64,000 bases of DNA, taken from positions 72,850,001 through 72,914,000 of the forward strand of contig NC_043007.1 in NCBI RefSeq assembly GCF_006345805.1. Direction: 5' to 3'. Under the pieces are notes generated by a model. That model was not told where the DNA came from and did no database searches. It saw only the letters and a program-made list of their open reading frames with translations. Each line of letters begins with the position of its first letter. Within the stretch, counting starts at the first letter, position 1. The stretch comes from Octopus sinensis (Eukaryota). Below are positions 13,111 through 27,400 of this stretch, piece by piece. The translations under genes were made by a program, and so were the position numbers.

Positions 13111-13624
13111 ACATAAATCCTCGAGTATAGTCCACCCTTGAGTATAATACGCAGGGGATTTTTAGGGGGCTGTACCTCTGAAAAACCTAAACCTTGAGTA
13201 AAATACGCACCCTTTCTCTAACTTGAGTCAAGGAGGTCTATATAACTTCCTTGGTTTGTAAAAATGTATACGGTAACATCCTTTATTATTATTGTATATA
13301 TAACATAATGCAAACATGTAGCTTTTGTGTGCATTTTGTTTGCAGAAAATAAAGAAATAACAGTAATAACGTTGAATAAATGTTGCTTACTGCAAGTTAT
13401 GGATGATTCTTCTATGACTTTATTGCTTTCAGGCTTAGCTTAAGGTATTTTCATGCACAACATCACAAAATGCGTCTGAATAAACATTGCCAGACAGCAA
13501 ATAGAGACGCGGACATTGCTTAGAAAATAAGTTTCATTTTTAACCTCATATATAGTACGCACTAGGGATTTTGACCTTTAAAGTTTTGGGAAAAAATGCG
13601 GATTATACTCGAGGATTTACGGTA
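13111..13624. mobile_element. Non-autonomous pogo/Tigger-like MITE
   Basis: Terminal inverted repeats ataaatcctcgagtatagtcc and gcggattatactcgaggatttacggta. Confidence 0.6.
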
Positions 13625-13807
13625 ATCAGATTGTTACCAAACATTCCATTGTATTCCTTGTGTGAAACCAATTGGTAAGCTCAGCCATGATGGATATATA
13701 ATACTGTGCATTTTAGATAATATACCCACTCTATTAACAGATATGCAAATGCATTCTTTCCCTGACTTATAGACTCTTAGATGACTTATGTATGTACACA
13801 CACATAT

Positions 13808-14041
13808 ACAATTGCAGCATGGAAGATGTTTGTAAGCCATTTAAGAACACACAAAAACCATTAGCTTCACTTCAACATTTAAATTTAATTTGTGTCAAAA
13901 TATTTTTGTCACTTTGAAATCGTAACCTGTTCACAGAAAAAACTTTGTGGACACAAATTAAATTCAATTGTTGAAGTGAAACTAATGGTTTTTGTGTGTT
14001 CTTAAATGGCTTTCAAACATCTTCCACACTGCAATTGTTTT
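13808..14041. repeat. Foldback element with ~65-bp inverted arms
   Basis: ggaagatgtttgtaagccatttaagaacacacaaaaaccattagcttcacttcaaca mirrored by tgttgaagtgaaactaatggtttttgtgtgttcttaaatggctttcaaacatcttcc. Confidence 0.65.
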
Positions 14042-14157
14042 TGTTTCAGCACACGATATCAGATCAAGTCACTTAATATGCAAGTACATCTCCATAACAT
14101 GCATGCATTCATGTATGCATGCATGCATACATGCATACATACATACATACATACATA

Positions 14158-14578
14158 TGCGCAGGAGTGGTTGTGTGGTAAGTAGCTTGTTTACCAACCA
14201 CATGGTTCCGGGTTCAGTCCCACTGCGTGGCACCTTGGGCAAGTGTCTTCTATTATAGCCTCGGGCTGACCAAAGCCTTGTGAGTGGATTTGGTAGACGG
14301 AAAATTAAAGAAGCCCGTCGTACATATGTATATATATGTATATGTATGTGTGTGTGTGTGTGTGTGTTTGTGTGTCTGTGTTTGTCCCACTAGCATTGCT
14401 TGACAACCGATGCTGGTGTGTTTATGTCCCCGTTACTTAGCGGTTCGGCAAAAGAGACCGATAGAATAAGCACTGGGCTTACAAAAGAAAAAGTCCCGGG
14501 GTCGAGTTGCTCGATTAAAGGTGGTGCTCCAGCATGGCCGCAGTCAAATGACTGAAACAAGTAAAAGAGTAAAGAGTA
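14158..14578 (+). mobile_element. tRNA-derived SINE, family A (head, internal TA/TG microsatellite, conserved body, aagagta tail)
   Basis: B-box-like ggttcagtcc in the head; body gtaacttagcggttcggcaaaagagaccgatagaataag recurs many times in the window. Confidence 0.8.
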
Positions 14579-14589
14579 CATACATACAT

Positions 14590-15430
14590 GTATTCATTCA
14601 TGTCCTCCTTCCATACTGGAATGGGTTGGATAGTTTGACAGGAGCTGGCGAGGCAGCAGCCTGTACCATGCTTGTGTCTGTTTTGGTATGGTTTTTACAG
14701 CTGGATGCCCTTCCTAACACCAACCACTTTACTGTGTGTACTTGGTGCTTTTTTTGTAGCACCTGCACTGGCAAGGTCACTAAGTAACTTTGCAAGATGA
14801 GGAATCTTTGAAAGAGGAGGGGGCATTGGAGGTGATCTTGTGTTAGATGATGAAAAGTTAGAGTGTGACAGAGAGACAGAAACAGATGTCTTGCTACAGA
14901 GAAGGTACATGGTTACCCAGCCAGAGAGAGGGAGAGAAAGAGGGCAGAAACAGGTGTGCTGCTGAAGAGGAGGGACATGGTTACATAAAGAGAGAGGGTG
15001 AGTTAACAAGAAAGAGGTATGCTGCTGTAAAGGGGATACATGGTTACCTAGCCAGAGGTAAGAGCAAGAGAAAGAGGGAGAGAGAGTGATCAAGAATGAG
15101 GGCAAAAACAGGTTTGTTGCTGTAGAGTAGATATATGATTACTCAGCCAGAGGGAAAAGCAAGGAAAAGAGAGAGAGAGAGAGAGAGAGAGTAGGAAACA
15201 GGAAGAACTGGGGATGGATGGCAATAAGTGTCAAGGTTTATCACATCCAGCAGAGCATACTGCCTTCATTCCTCTCTAGCCTACACATGTCCTCTGTATT
15301 CAGAGCCCATGTCTCACTACCATGGAGTATAGCCATTTGTACACTAGCATCAAGCAAGCTACCTTTTACTCTGAGAGAGTCCTTTAGTTGCTAACAGAGG
15401 TAGTAGCTCTGAACTTTCCCCATCTTATTC
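14590..15430 (-). mobile_element. RTE LINE 3' fragment
   Basis: 3'UTR motif ctggatgcccttcctaacaccaaccact shared with 24550-24600; RT-like remnant near 15250-15420. Confidence 0.6.
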
Positions 15431-15599
15431 ACATTCTAAAAACAATACACTCAGAGCATGCTAAAGATGAGATTCAGCAATAAAGATATTGAAGCTTGTT
15501 GGTGGGAATGTCTCTTGTAATATTGTGGGAACAAAGATCATTCAAATATTGACATGAAAATTGTAATCTTAGATATTTTCTTTATTGCTTAAATTTAAT

Positions 15600-15807
15600 C
15601 AACCTTGGTCTACAGTTCTATATTTAAAAGATGAGGAATTATGTACATTAATTACATTATTTGCACTTGACAGATATTTGTCTTCATCTTCTTTGTTGTT
15701 AACACAACGTCTCAGCTGATATACTCTCCAGCCTTTAACAGGTGTCTTGGGGAAATTTCGAATCTGGATTCTCATTCCTAAGGTATTTTTCGATGTTGTT
15801 GTTGTTA

Positions 15808-15848
<41 letters not shown>

Positions 15849-15925
15849 ATTATTCAGGTCATTGCTTGGAATCGAACTTGAAATCTTGGGGTTAGAAGCC
15901 TGTGCTCTTAACCACTATGCTATTT
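15600..15925 (-). mobile_element. tRNA-headed SINE-like element with internal (AAT)n
   Basis: Reverse-complement tRNA-like head (ggaatcgaac...cttaaccactatgc) next to an (ATT)n run. Confidence 0.4.
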
Positions 15926-16439
15926 TATAATTTTTCATTAAAATGTTCTCAGCAGAACATTTTATCGCAGTTTTGTCTGGGATTAACATCATTGAAAAAC
16001 TGCAGGTAAAATATATACAAGCTTATTGCTCTCTTCTCTAAACTATTTTCTTAAAGATCTCATTTTAAACATGCTGTCATCAACTATTATCATATTCTAC
16101 ATGAAAAAAGGAAATAAAAATTTCATATCATTCAAATATTATTTTGATATGAACATATTAAAAATAAGTTTTGAAGAGGCTCTGCTAAATTACTTTATAT
16201 CTTTATTCCTTCATGTCTTTTACAACAACAACAACTGAAAGAACAACAGCAACAGCTACACCTGCAAGAACAACAACTGCACAACTGTAAGAACAACTGA
16301 AAAAAAACAACAGCAGCAGCTACAACTGCAAGAACAACAGTAGAAGCAACAAAAACAACAACAAGAATAACAGAAGATGCAACAACAATAACAATTACTA
16401 TTACAGCAACAGATGCTGCAATCTAAGAAGAGTAAGTTG

Positions 16440-18000
16440 TCAGGAAATGCTGAAAAAATGTTCTTGCTGGATATCGTTGCGAACTTGATAACAGAGTTTT
16501 TTTAAGTATAAACCGGAGAAAGGAGTTACCTATAGAAGATACAAACAAATCTTCAATAAAGAGTGCAAAGATTGGGACGGTGGTATGAAAACATGTTTAA
16601 TCTATGTTACGAAAACTGGCAGGAGAACATGAGCATTACAGCAATTACATATTCCTGAAAAAAAAAACCTTCTGACATAAACTTTAAAGATACAATAAAG
16701 ATATAGTGTAAAATTTTGAGTGAGAAAAGCTTGTTATTCAATACACATTGGAAATGTTTGAACCTAGAAAAGAACGAGGAGGACTACATCACATATGCTG
16801 GTAGAGTTAACAGGGAATGTGAAAAGTTCAAGCTGGATAAATTAATGCCAGATATGTCCAAATGCCTGATATTTACTCAGGGATCAACTGCAAAGAAAGA
16901 TGCTGAAGTAAGAACAAGAATTCTTGCTAAGCTGGAACAAAACCAAGTGTCAGAAGAATGTGAAAGAATAGTAAATTTAAGACACAACACAGAGAAAATT
17001 GGTCATAAAGATTGCTCCCAAATGAAACAAGTGTGAAATAGGCAGAATAGAAATCAAGTGTGTACTAAAATACAGTACAAACAGGACAAGAATTAGGGAA
17101 AAATAAAACCCATGTTTTGCATGTGGAGGTCTACACCTGAGGAAAAACTATCCATTTAAGAAAACAGGATGCTTCCACTGTGAAAAAATTGGACACGTAA
17201 AAGCGCACTGTAAAACCAACATCACAAAACATTGGAACAAAGAAAAATGAATAAACAGTATGTCATTGAAAGAAAATGGTAATATAATAAAAAGAAAATT
17301 CGTAAATGTGAAAATCTATATATATAAAATTGAAGTTGTGTGTGTGAGACCCTGTCTCCTCCAATTTAGATTCCTAACTACTCCCACATTTTGCGGTGCA
17401 GTTTAACCAAAAGCGGGTATCTTATAGTCGTGATTCATATCGAGCACTTCTGGGTATTAGCGTGCGTCTACGATGAATCTACAATTTAAAAAAAAATTTA
17501 CCATCATTTTTCCGCATTTTTAATGATATTTGCTTGGGTTATATAAGAGAAGGATCTCTCTAAAAATGCTTATATAGTTATTTTCCTTACAAACCCGAGC
17601 AACGCTGGGCGATACTGCTAGTTACAAATAAAGAGTAAAAATGCAGTTAGACACTGGAAGTGATATTACCATTGTAAGCGAAAAAACATTACAAAAGTAG
17701 CATATGGTGTTACAGGTAAAAGACTGTATTTTGTCGGTGAATTTCATTTAATGTAACAGTTTGTGACCAAATTAAAATGGCAAAAATTTATGAGCTAAAA
17801 AATTCAGTTAATCTATTCGACACAGAGTGGATGGAACAATTCAAATTGTGGAATATGCCCAAAAATGTTTTGTGTGGGAATATAGTCAGTTCAGTTGAAG
17901 GTTCAAATATGGCTGAGGGATTGAAACAAAAAATAAAACATTTCCAGATATTTTCTCGGAGTAACTGGGCTGTTGCATGAAAAGTAGAAAAGCCTGTAAT
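16440..18000 (+). mobile_element. Degraded Ty3/Gypsy gag-protease remnant
   Basis: ORF 16716-17036 (EDYITYAGRVNRECEKFKL), zinc-knuckle remnants at 17110-17215, protease motif KMQLDTGSDITIV at 17637-17680. Confidence 0.8.
17315..17621 (+). mobile_element. Non-autonomous Helitron-like element
   Basis: 5' TC(tatatatataaaa), 3' hairpin cccgagcaacgctggg followed by CTAG, inserted between A and T with no TSD. Confidence 0.7.
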
Positions 18001-20819
18001 AATGGGTGAGGTGTTAGAAGCCTGTAAAATTTAGAAATTTAGAAACAAGACTATAAAACAGTAATGAAAAGTCGAGTCAACTTATACAACTAATGCAAAG
18101 TTTGGAAAAGAAAAAAAGTCCCTAGTTTGGTAAAGAACTGATAGCAGTAAATCTATGAGTATGTGTATAAGTGTTTGTCATGGAAGAGACAAGTTTGTTT
18201 TAATTACATAGCGAGTGGAAAGTCCTGAGAACTTGAAAATGTGGAAAATTCCATGAGAAGGAAAGTCAGGGAACATATACAACAACGATTTATGCAATTA
18301 TCCTATTTAACAGAATTCCTTTTAAATGTAATAATGTAACAAAATGTAGTAAACAAAGACCAATATGGAGAATAACTTACAGTTATGTAGTAGTTTCCAT
18401 CACATATTCCAAGAAATTCCTGGGTTACATTTGGGGTTATCTGAAAAAAAAAAATAATAAAGTTGGCCTATAAATAGATTCTCTGAACATTTTTCATAAT
18501 AAATCTATAATTTTCAAAGATTTGAAACCTGGTGTAACTATAAAATAGAATTTTAAAATATGCCAATTATTCTGGTCTCATTAAATTTGGTGAAATGATT
18601 TATATTTTACTGAATTCAATGGTTAAAATTAGTTTTAGTCAAGATAAAAATCAGTAATTTAATAGTTGAAATAACAAAAAAATAAAAATAAAACAAAATG
18701 GATTTTTCTAGTAATAGTATTGATATGCCCAAAACAATCATTCTTTACATAATTACATCATGTAAAGCAAAATAGCCACAAACTAATTTTCTTTGTTTTG
18801 TTTTAAAGCCAGAACTAGATCCGTTAGAGAAATGGGAAAAAAATTTGAATACTAAGTTTTATGGCTAAAATTCACTGAAAATAATAAGAATGTGTAGAGT
18901 GACAAGACAAGGGAGTGTATTGAAGCAAAGTTACATTTATTACAGATATTACAAAATAGTTAACATCAATATAGTCAAAAATAATTTACCAGGACAAATC
19001 AGTTAAACAATGCAATGGAATAAGTTTTATATCATTGAGTTTGACTAAAAACTAATTAATGGGTAATATGAATGAAGATAATGAAATAAAGATTAGAAAA
19101 AGAAGAAATATTTTCTCTAATTATTATTGAAGATTAGAGGAATTTTAAAAACACTGAAATTGTGAAATTTGACAAACCTCGGAAGCCACCGCTTTTAAAT
19201 GGGGTAAATTCATATGAAAAATTGATACTTTATATCTTTTTATATCACACTTTGAAGGTCCTTCTTTAAAATTCACAATAATGTTGTTCCCTTTTTTTTG
19301 ATAACGAATAGGAGTTGTCCATTCACGACATGCTGCAAAAGTAAAGGGAAACCATTTATGTGAACATAAACATTACACTGATAGTAAATGTTAAAGTAGG
19401 CCAAGGTTGACAAAATTTAAGCAGGAAAGAAAATATTTAAGGTTACAATTTTCATGTCAACATTTGAATGATTGTTGTTCCCACAATGTTACAAGAGAGA
19501 TTCCCACCAACAAGCTTCAATACTTTTATTGCTGAATTTCATCTTTAACATTAAAGATGACCATGTCCCCTTAAATGTCAGAAACTTGCAGTAGAAATGT
19601 TTGTGAATGTCTAGACTCAATAACAGCAGAAAGATGTCCTTCTTCCTATTAATATAATTCTGTGCAATTAAATAGGAGTTAAGAATCAGCTTCAATGCAC
19701 TTCCATAGAATATACATCAATATTAGTAAATACATGTGAATACCAAAATTACTTACTGCATAAGGTGGTGAGCTGGAAGAATTCTGATAAAAAAAAGTAC
19801 CAGTTAAGGATTGAGATCAATGTAATCGACTTACTCTTTCAACCAAACTTGCAGACTTTGTGGCAATATTTGAAACCAATAATACTGGCTACATATGTAG
19901 TCCAGTTACAAATCAATATTAAAATATAGAAATAAAAAATTTTAACCTTCCATTTTCACATTATCATCAATGCCGTTTACCACCTCATTCATCCTACAGC
20001 TTCTATGCTTTTGGAACACTCACTTACACAGTAAATTAGATCAACTAGGTTTTTTGAGCATTTAAAAGACTTACATAAGCTCTATCTGCAAATTCTTCCT
20101 GTGCATACAAAGTCTACCTTCTCTGTAAGCCAGTGACCTCACTTACACTTGTTTTATGTCCATAATTTACATTGGGTGTGCTATATGAAATTTCTACCAA
20201 TTCAGTTTTTTGCAAAACTATCATTTTCCTGATAGTATCAGAGTCTGTTTTCCCTTCTTACTAAAATCTTAGTCTGCTGCTGGCTTTTGCAGTATTATCA
20301 TCATTATCTTCTTGCACATCTCGTCTTTATTGACATTTATCATTATCAACAACATTCATAATTTTACCTGTGTATATTAGAATCTTGTTGATCCTCCTCA
20401 CTTCTATGTCAATTACTTTTCTCATCAAAAATATTAAATTTACTAACACTTTTTGTCAATATTTCTGATTCTACCATTTATTCTACCACTGAATGGCTAC
20501 TCTTAAGATACAAGGAAATGTGATAATTCTTCTTTACACATACTTACTTTAAATCTGTTGTTGGTTAGTCTTCTCTAACATCTGATATAAAATATTAAAA
20601 TACTCTTAAAATATGCGTAGTCAAAATGTTGGGCAGTATATTAGCTCATTCCCTCCATAACATATACAATGCATATACCGGTGCCACACATCAGATGTCA
20701 AAGTAATTGCAGAGTAACATGAGATGAAGTGTTTTTCTCAAGATCACAATGTGCAACCTGGCAATTCGGAAATATCCAATGTCAAGAATATGAAATTCTT
20801 TTTTTTATCTTTTCATCTA

Positions 20820-21240
20820 GTTTCAGCTCAGGAGCTGTGGACATGCTGGGGCACCACCATTTGGTGTTGCTACATGATTTTACTTCATGAATGCTTTTTA
20901 GCAATTGACATTTGGGCATGAGAGAGTTTGATGCAGCTGCACTCATTTGCACCTCCTCTCACGAAGTTGGTTCATCTGGGACACCTGACAGGAAGAGGTC
21001 CTAATTTATTTTGAAGACACCTACATCCACCCCATCCAGGTCTCTCAGGTCCTTTGGGAGAATATGAAGAGCTGTGGACCTCTGAAGCCCAGGCTATTGC
21101 AGTATTTTGTCCTACATCTTGATAGAAAATTTGGAGTCCTTAGCACTAAGCAGTGGAGCCCAGTTCTTGTATTTATATAACCTCGATGTCAAAGTTTGGG
21201 ACAAGTCCTTCCAGGATCTTCCAGATGTATATTATGTAAA
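20820..21240 (-). mobile_element. CR1/L2-group LINE 3' fragment
   Basis: Colinear with 61190-61600 (IWKILEG-type region and 3' tail). Confidence 0.6.
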
Positions 21241-21261
21241 ATTTATTTAAATGCATTCATC

Positions 21262-21268
21262 TGAATAT

Positions 21269-21303
<35 letters not shown>

Positions 21304-21414
21304 CGTAAAACATATATATATATACATACATAAAAACATATATATAATACATACATAAAAACATATATATATATAATACATAAAAACATATATATATATA
21401 CATACATAAAAACA

Positions 21415-21446
<32 letters not shown>

Positions 21447-21627
21447 CATATATATATATACATAATATATATATACATATATATATAATATATATACATA
21501 TATATATATATACATATTATATATATAACATATATATATATATCATATATATACATATATATACATATATATATATATACAATATATACATATATATATA
21601 TACATATATACATATATATATATATAC

Positions 21628-21659
<32 letters not shown>

Positions 21660-21843
21660 TATATATACATATATATAAATATATATATACATATATATAC
21701 ATTATATATATATACACATATATATATATGTACAATATATATATATATACACAATATATATATATACACATATATTATACACACATATATATATAATATT
21801 ATATAGATACAAGATATATATATACATATATATAGATATACAC

Positions 21844-21883
<40 letters not shown>

Positions 21884-22282
21884 ATATATATACATATACA
21901 CATATTATATATATACACATATATATATATACATATACACATATATATATATACATATATATATTACACATATATATATATACATATATATATATACATA
22001 TATATATATATAAATATATAAATATATACATATAATATACACATATAATATATATTACATATATACATACATATATATACATATATTATATACATATATA
22101 TATACATATATATATATATACACATATATATATACATATATATATATATACACATATATATATACATATATATATATACACATATATATATACATATATA
22201 TATATACACAATATATATACATATATATATATACACATATATATATACACACATATATATATACATATATATATATATATAC

Positions 22283-22313
<31 letters not shown>

Positions 22314-22342
22314 CATATGTATATATACATATGTATATATAC

Positions 22343-22375
<33 letters not shown>

Positions 22376-23055
22376 CATATATATTCATATATACAGACGC
22401 AGGAGTGGCTGTGTGGGAAGTAGCTTGCTAACCAACCACATGGTTCTGGGTTCAGTCCCACTGCATGGCACCTTGGGCAAGTGTCTTCAGCTATAGCCCC
22501 GGGCTGACCAATGCCTTGTGAGTGGATTTGGTAGACGGAAACTGAAAGAAGCCTGTCGTATATATGTATATATATGTGTGTGTGTCTCTGTGTTTCTATG
22601 TCTGTGTTTGTCCCCCTAGTATTGCTTGACAACCGATGCTGGTGTGTTTACGTCCCCGTCACCTAGCGGTTCGGCAAAAGAGACCGATAGAATAAGTACT
22701 GGGCTTACAAAGAATAAATCCCAGGGTCGATTTGCTCGACTAAAGGCGGTGCTCCAACATGGCCGCAGTCAAATGACTGAAACAAGTAAAAGATATATAC
22801 ATATATACATAAATAATATATACATATATATATATACATATATACATATATACATACATATATACATATATATTATATATACATATATATATATACATAT
22901 ATATATATAATATACATATATATACATATATATATATACATATATATACATATATATATACATACATATATATATATATATATACATATATATACATATA
23001 TATATACATATATATATATATATAACATATATATATATACATATATATATAATAC

Positions 23056-23086
<31 letters not shown>

Positions 23087-23268
23087 CATATATATACAAT
23101 ATATATATATACATATATATACATATATTATATATATATACACACACATATATATATATATACATATATCTACATATATATATATATACATATATATACA
23201 TATATATATATATATACATATAATATATATAAATATATAATATATATACAATATATATATATATACAC

Positions 23269-23299
<31 letters not shown>

Positions 23300-23303
23300 C
23301 ACA

Positions 23304-23334
<31 letters not shown>

Positions 23335-23337
23335 CAC

Positions 23338-23384
<47 letters not shown>

Positions 23385-23461
23385 ATATATATAGATATAT
23401 ACATATATATAATATATATATATCATATATACATATATATATATATATACTATATATATTA

Positions 23462-23497
<36 letters not shown>

Positions 23498-23585
23498 ATA
23501 TATATATATACAATATATATATATATACATATATATATAATATTATATATATATATATAATATATATATATATATTATATATATT
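21262..23585. repeat. Kilobase imperfect (TA)n/(TATACA)n microsatellite interrupted by a SINE
   Basis: Directly visible; source of the many Y/I/M/C-rich spurious ORFs. Confidence 0.95.
22396..22771 (+). mobile_element. tRNA-derived SINE, family A
   Basis: Full head-microsatellite-body structure matching 14158-14578. Confidence 0.85.
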
Positions 23586-23851
23586 TAAATAATGAGGGAG
23601 ATAAATTAATATTAATTTTAATATCAATTTAAAACCAGTAGCCTAGCATACAAAAAATCTGAGAAGTCAGAGAAAATTCTAATATATGTGTATATTGGCA
23701 GGGCTGGACTGCTAGGTGGTCGGCCGTATGCTAGAAACAGATCATCAAAGATCAAACTACAAAGGAAATTCTCTAGAGGAAAAATTCAGCGAACACCAGA
23801 ACAAAATTTGGCGGGCAGGACAGATGAAAATTTATATAAAAAACAGACTTA

Positions 23852-23928
23852 AATGCATACCTCGGTTTTAGCCTTTAACAAAAGAATTACTTACATAATT
23901 CAAATGTCCGTGGCTTCATCAGTGCATT
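23852..23928 (-). ncRNA. Type I hammerhead ribozyme motif with a G12A change (probably inactive)
   Basis: aatgca CTGATGA agcc..ggct AAAA c cgag g TA tgcatt: 6-bp stem I, stem II, minimal stem III. Confidence 0.6.
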
Positions 23929-24104
23929 CGGTCAGTGTAAATGCAAACTAAAAAACTAACAATGCATTGTTTCAACGTTTTTAATGGCAAACCACCCTAA
24001 TTAGATTAAATTAAAACTAATCAAGTCAATCTACCAATGGTTCGTCTCATCGGTAAAGAAGCCAGGTTGAAACAATGCATCGTCTAAAGATGAATAGGGT
24101 AAAT

Positions 24105-24445
24105 CATATACATATATATAAATACATATACATATATATATATGCATATACATATATATACATATACATATATATATGCATATACATATAATAAATATAC
24201 ATATATATATATACATATACATATAATATATAATATAATAATATATATATACATATACATATATTATATAATATAACATATATACATATACATATATACA
24301 TATACTTATACATATAACATATACATATATACATATACATATATACATATACATATATACATATACATATATACATATACATACTATACATATACATATA
24401 GATAACATATTATATATATATATATATATAAAATATGTTATATAT
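24105..24445. repeat. (TA)n/(TACA)n microsatellite
   Basis: Directly visible. Confidence 0.9.
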
Positions 24446-27400
24446 CATCATCATCATCATCATCGTTTAACGTCCGCTTTCCATGCTAGCATGGGTTGGA
24501 CGGTTCAACTGGGGTCTGGCAAGCCCGAAGGCTGCACCAGGCCAGTCAGATCTGGCAGTGTTTCTACAGCTTGATGCCCTTCCTAACGCCAACCACTCCG
24601 AGAGTGTAGTGGGTGATTTTATGTGCCACCGACACAGGTGCCAGACGAGGCTGGCAGACGGCCACGCTCGGATGGTGTTTTTTATGTGCCACCAGCACAG
24701 GTGCCAGACGAGGCTGGCTGACGGCCACGCTCGGATGGTGTTTTCTTATGTGTCACCGACACAGGTGCCAGACGGGGCTGGTGGACGGCCACGCTCGGAT
24801 GGTGTTTGTTATGTGCCCTCAGCACGGAGGCCAGTCGTTGCGGTACTGGCTACGATCACGTTCGGATGGTTTTCTTATGTGCCACCGGCACTGGTACCAC
24901 AAGGATACAAATTCCATTGATGTTCATCTATTTTTATTTGGTTCGATTTGATTTGATTTGATTCGATTCGATTCTCACTTGCCTCAACAGGTCTTCACAA
25001 GTGTCACAAGAAGGAGGTATGCACAGGTTGACTGACTACGTCCCAGGTAGGGGCCACGGATTATGCTTCACTAGTCTTGCCGGGTCTTCTCACGCACAGC
25101 ATACTTCCATAGGTCTCGGTCTCTAGTCTTTCCATGGTGAGACCTAACGTCCGAAGGTCGTGCTTCACCACTTCGTCCCAGGTTTTCCTGGGTCTACCTC
25201 TTCCACGGGTTCCCTCAACTGCTAGGGATTGGCACTTTCTCACACCCCTATCTTCATCCATTCTCGCCACATGACCATACCAGCGCAATCGTCTCTCTTG
25301 CACACAACAACTGATGCTTCTTAGGTACAAAATTTCTCTCAAGGTACTAACGCTCTGTCGAGTAAGTACACTGACATTACACATCCATCGGAGCATACTG
25401 GCTTCGTTCCTCACAAGCTTACGCATGTCCTCAGCAGTCACGGCCCATGTTTCACTGCCATGTAGCATAGCTGTTCGTACACATGCATCATACAGTCTGC
25501 CTTTTACTCTGAGCGAGAGGCCTTTAGTCACCAGCAGAGGTAAGAGCTCCCTAAACTTTGCCCAGGCTATTCTTATTCTAGCAGTTACACTTTCAGCGCA
25601 CCCGCCCCCACTACTGACTTGGTCACCTAGATAGCGGAAGCTATCAACTACTTCTAGTTTTTCCCCCGGAAAGTGACGGAAGTTGTTTTCTGCAGATTTT
25701 CGGAGGTCAATGTTTCCAGAGCATCTGCCACATACAAAAACTATCTTCCCAGTTAGCCTACCTTTGACATTGCTGCACCTCTTATGTGTCCATAGCTTAC
25801 ACTGGTACATCTTATAGAGTTTCTACCTACACCTTTTCTACAGATCGAGCAGGGCCATCTTCCTGAGGATATTTGTGGATTTTCTAACTTTCTACTTATT
25901 AGTACTTTGGTTTTAGCTAGGTTGACTCTAAGGCCCCTCGATTCTAAACCCTCCTTCCACACCTGGAACTTCTCCTCCAGTTCTGATAGTGACTCAGTGA
26001 TTAGAGCGAGGTCGTCAGCATAGAGGAGCTCCCAGGGGCAACCTGTCCTTGAATTCCTCCACAATTGCCTGGAGGACTATGATAAATAGGAGGGGGCTGA
26101 GTACTGAACCCTGGTGGACCCCAACCTCTACCTTGAATTCTTCTGTGTACATGCTGCCAACTCTAACCTTACTTATGGCATCTCTGTACATGGCTTGCAC
26201 AGCCCTCACCAGCCATTCATCTATCCCTAGTTTCCTCATTGACCACCAGATGAGGGATCGGGGGACCCTATCAAAGGCTTTCTCCATGTCAACGAAAGCC
26301 AGTACAGGGGCTTATCTTTGGCTAGGTATTTCTCCTGCAGCTGCCTTACCAGGAATATAGCATCAGTGGTGCTTTTCCCTGGGACGAACCCAAACTGCAT
26401 CTCATCTAAACTAACTCTCTCTCTAATTAGTTGGGCTATGACCCTCTCCGTAACCTTCATTACCTGATCCAACAGCTTGATACCTCTGTAATTATTTGTA
26501 TCCAGGGCATCACCATTACCTTTGTAGCAGTTGACTAGTATGCTGCTACACCAGTCATTGGGTATGACTCCTTCGTGTATCACCTGGTTGACTATACGGG
26601 TGACTAGGTTATAGCCGACACTGCCAGATATTTTGAGCATCTCTGCAGTAATTCCTGATGGGCCTGGGGCTTTCCCTGTCTTCATGCTTCTAATTGCCTT
26701 AGCTACCACGGAACTATCAACTCGGATAGCTGGTCCCTCTGTTGGGTCAACATTCGGCAGACTCTCTTTATCCATCCATTCATTTTCTTTATTCAGCAAC
26801 CTTTCATAGTGGCATCTCCAAACCTCTCTCTTTGCATCCTCATTTAGCGCAAGTGAACCATCATCCATGCGAACACACTTCTCTCCTACCACATCACGAT
26901 TCTCTCTCCACACACTGTCCTTGCAACACGAAATACCTCAAGTCTTTCATCCTCACGGCTCAGAACATTGGCAAATTTTTTCTTATCCGCTTCCCCTCTG
27001 GCTAAATAAACCTGTCTCCTAGCTTCCCTTTTGGCTGTCTGATACAATTCCCTGCTACCACCGTTCTTCCAGTCCTTCCAAGCCTGTCTCTTTTGTCTAA
27101 TAGCCCTGTCAACCACAGTGTTCCACCACCATGTTACTCTGGGTCGAGATGGACTTTGCTCCATCCACAGATCTGGTCAGTGGCTGTCAGCAGATTGTCC
27201 CGTAGGAATCTCCAGTTGTCTTCCACATTAAGTGAAGCTATATCCCCTTCTATTTCGTCAGAGGCTTCGAGTAGTAATGTCTCTAAATCTCTGTCTATTT
27301 GCAGGATCTTTAAGCTTCCAGACCCTTCTCCTCCAAGCTGGTCTTCTTCTGGGCAACCATTTAGCTCTGATCCTGAAGTCGCTAACTACTAATCTATATT

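Noticed and set aside
20548-20581. 34-nt segment with AG/GT boundaries
   Set aside because: Stop codons in all three frames
21243-23627. Many long Y/I/M/C-rich ORFs (also 24031-24408, 28873-29375, 40767-41111)
   Set aside because: Translations of (TA)n/(TACA)n microsatellites
23900-24090. Two apparent mini-exons with good splice signals
   Set aside because: Spliced readings hit stops in every frame, and the lower one overlaps a hammerhead motif, so a Penelope-type remnant is more likely
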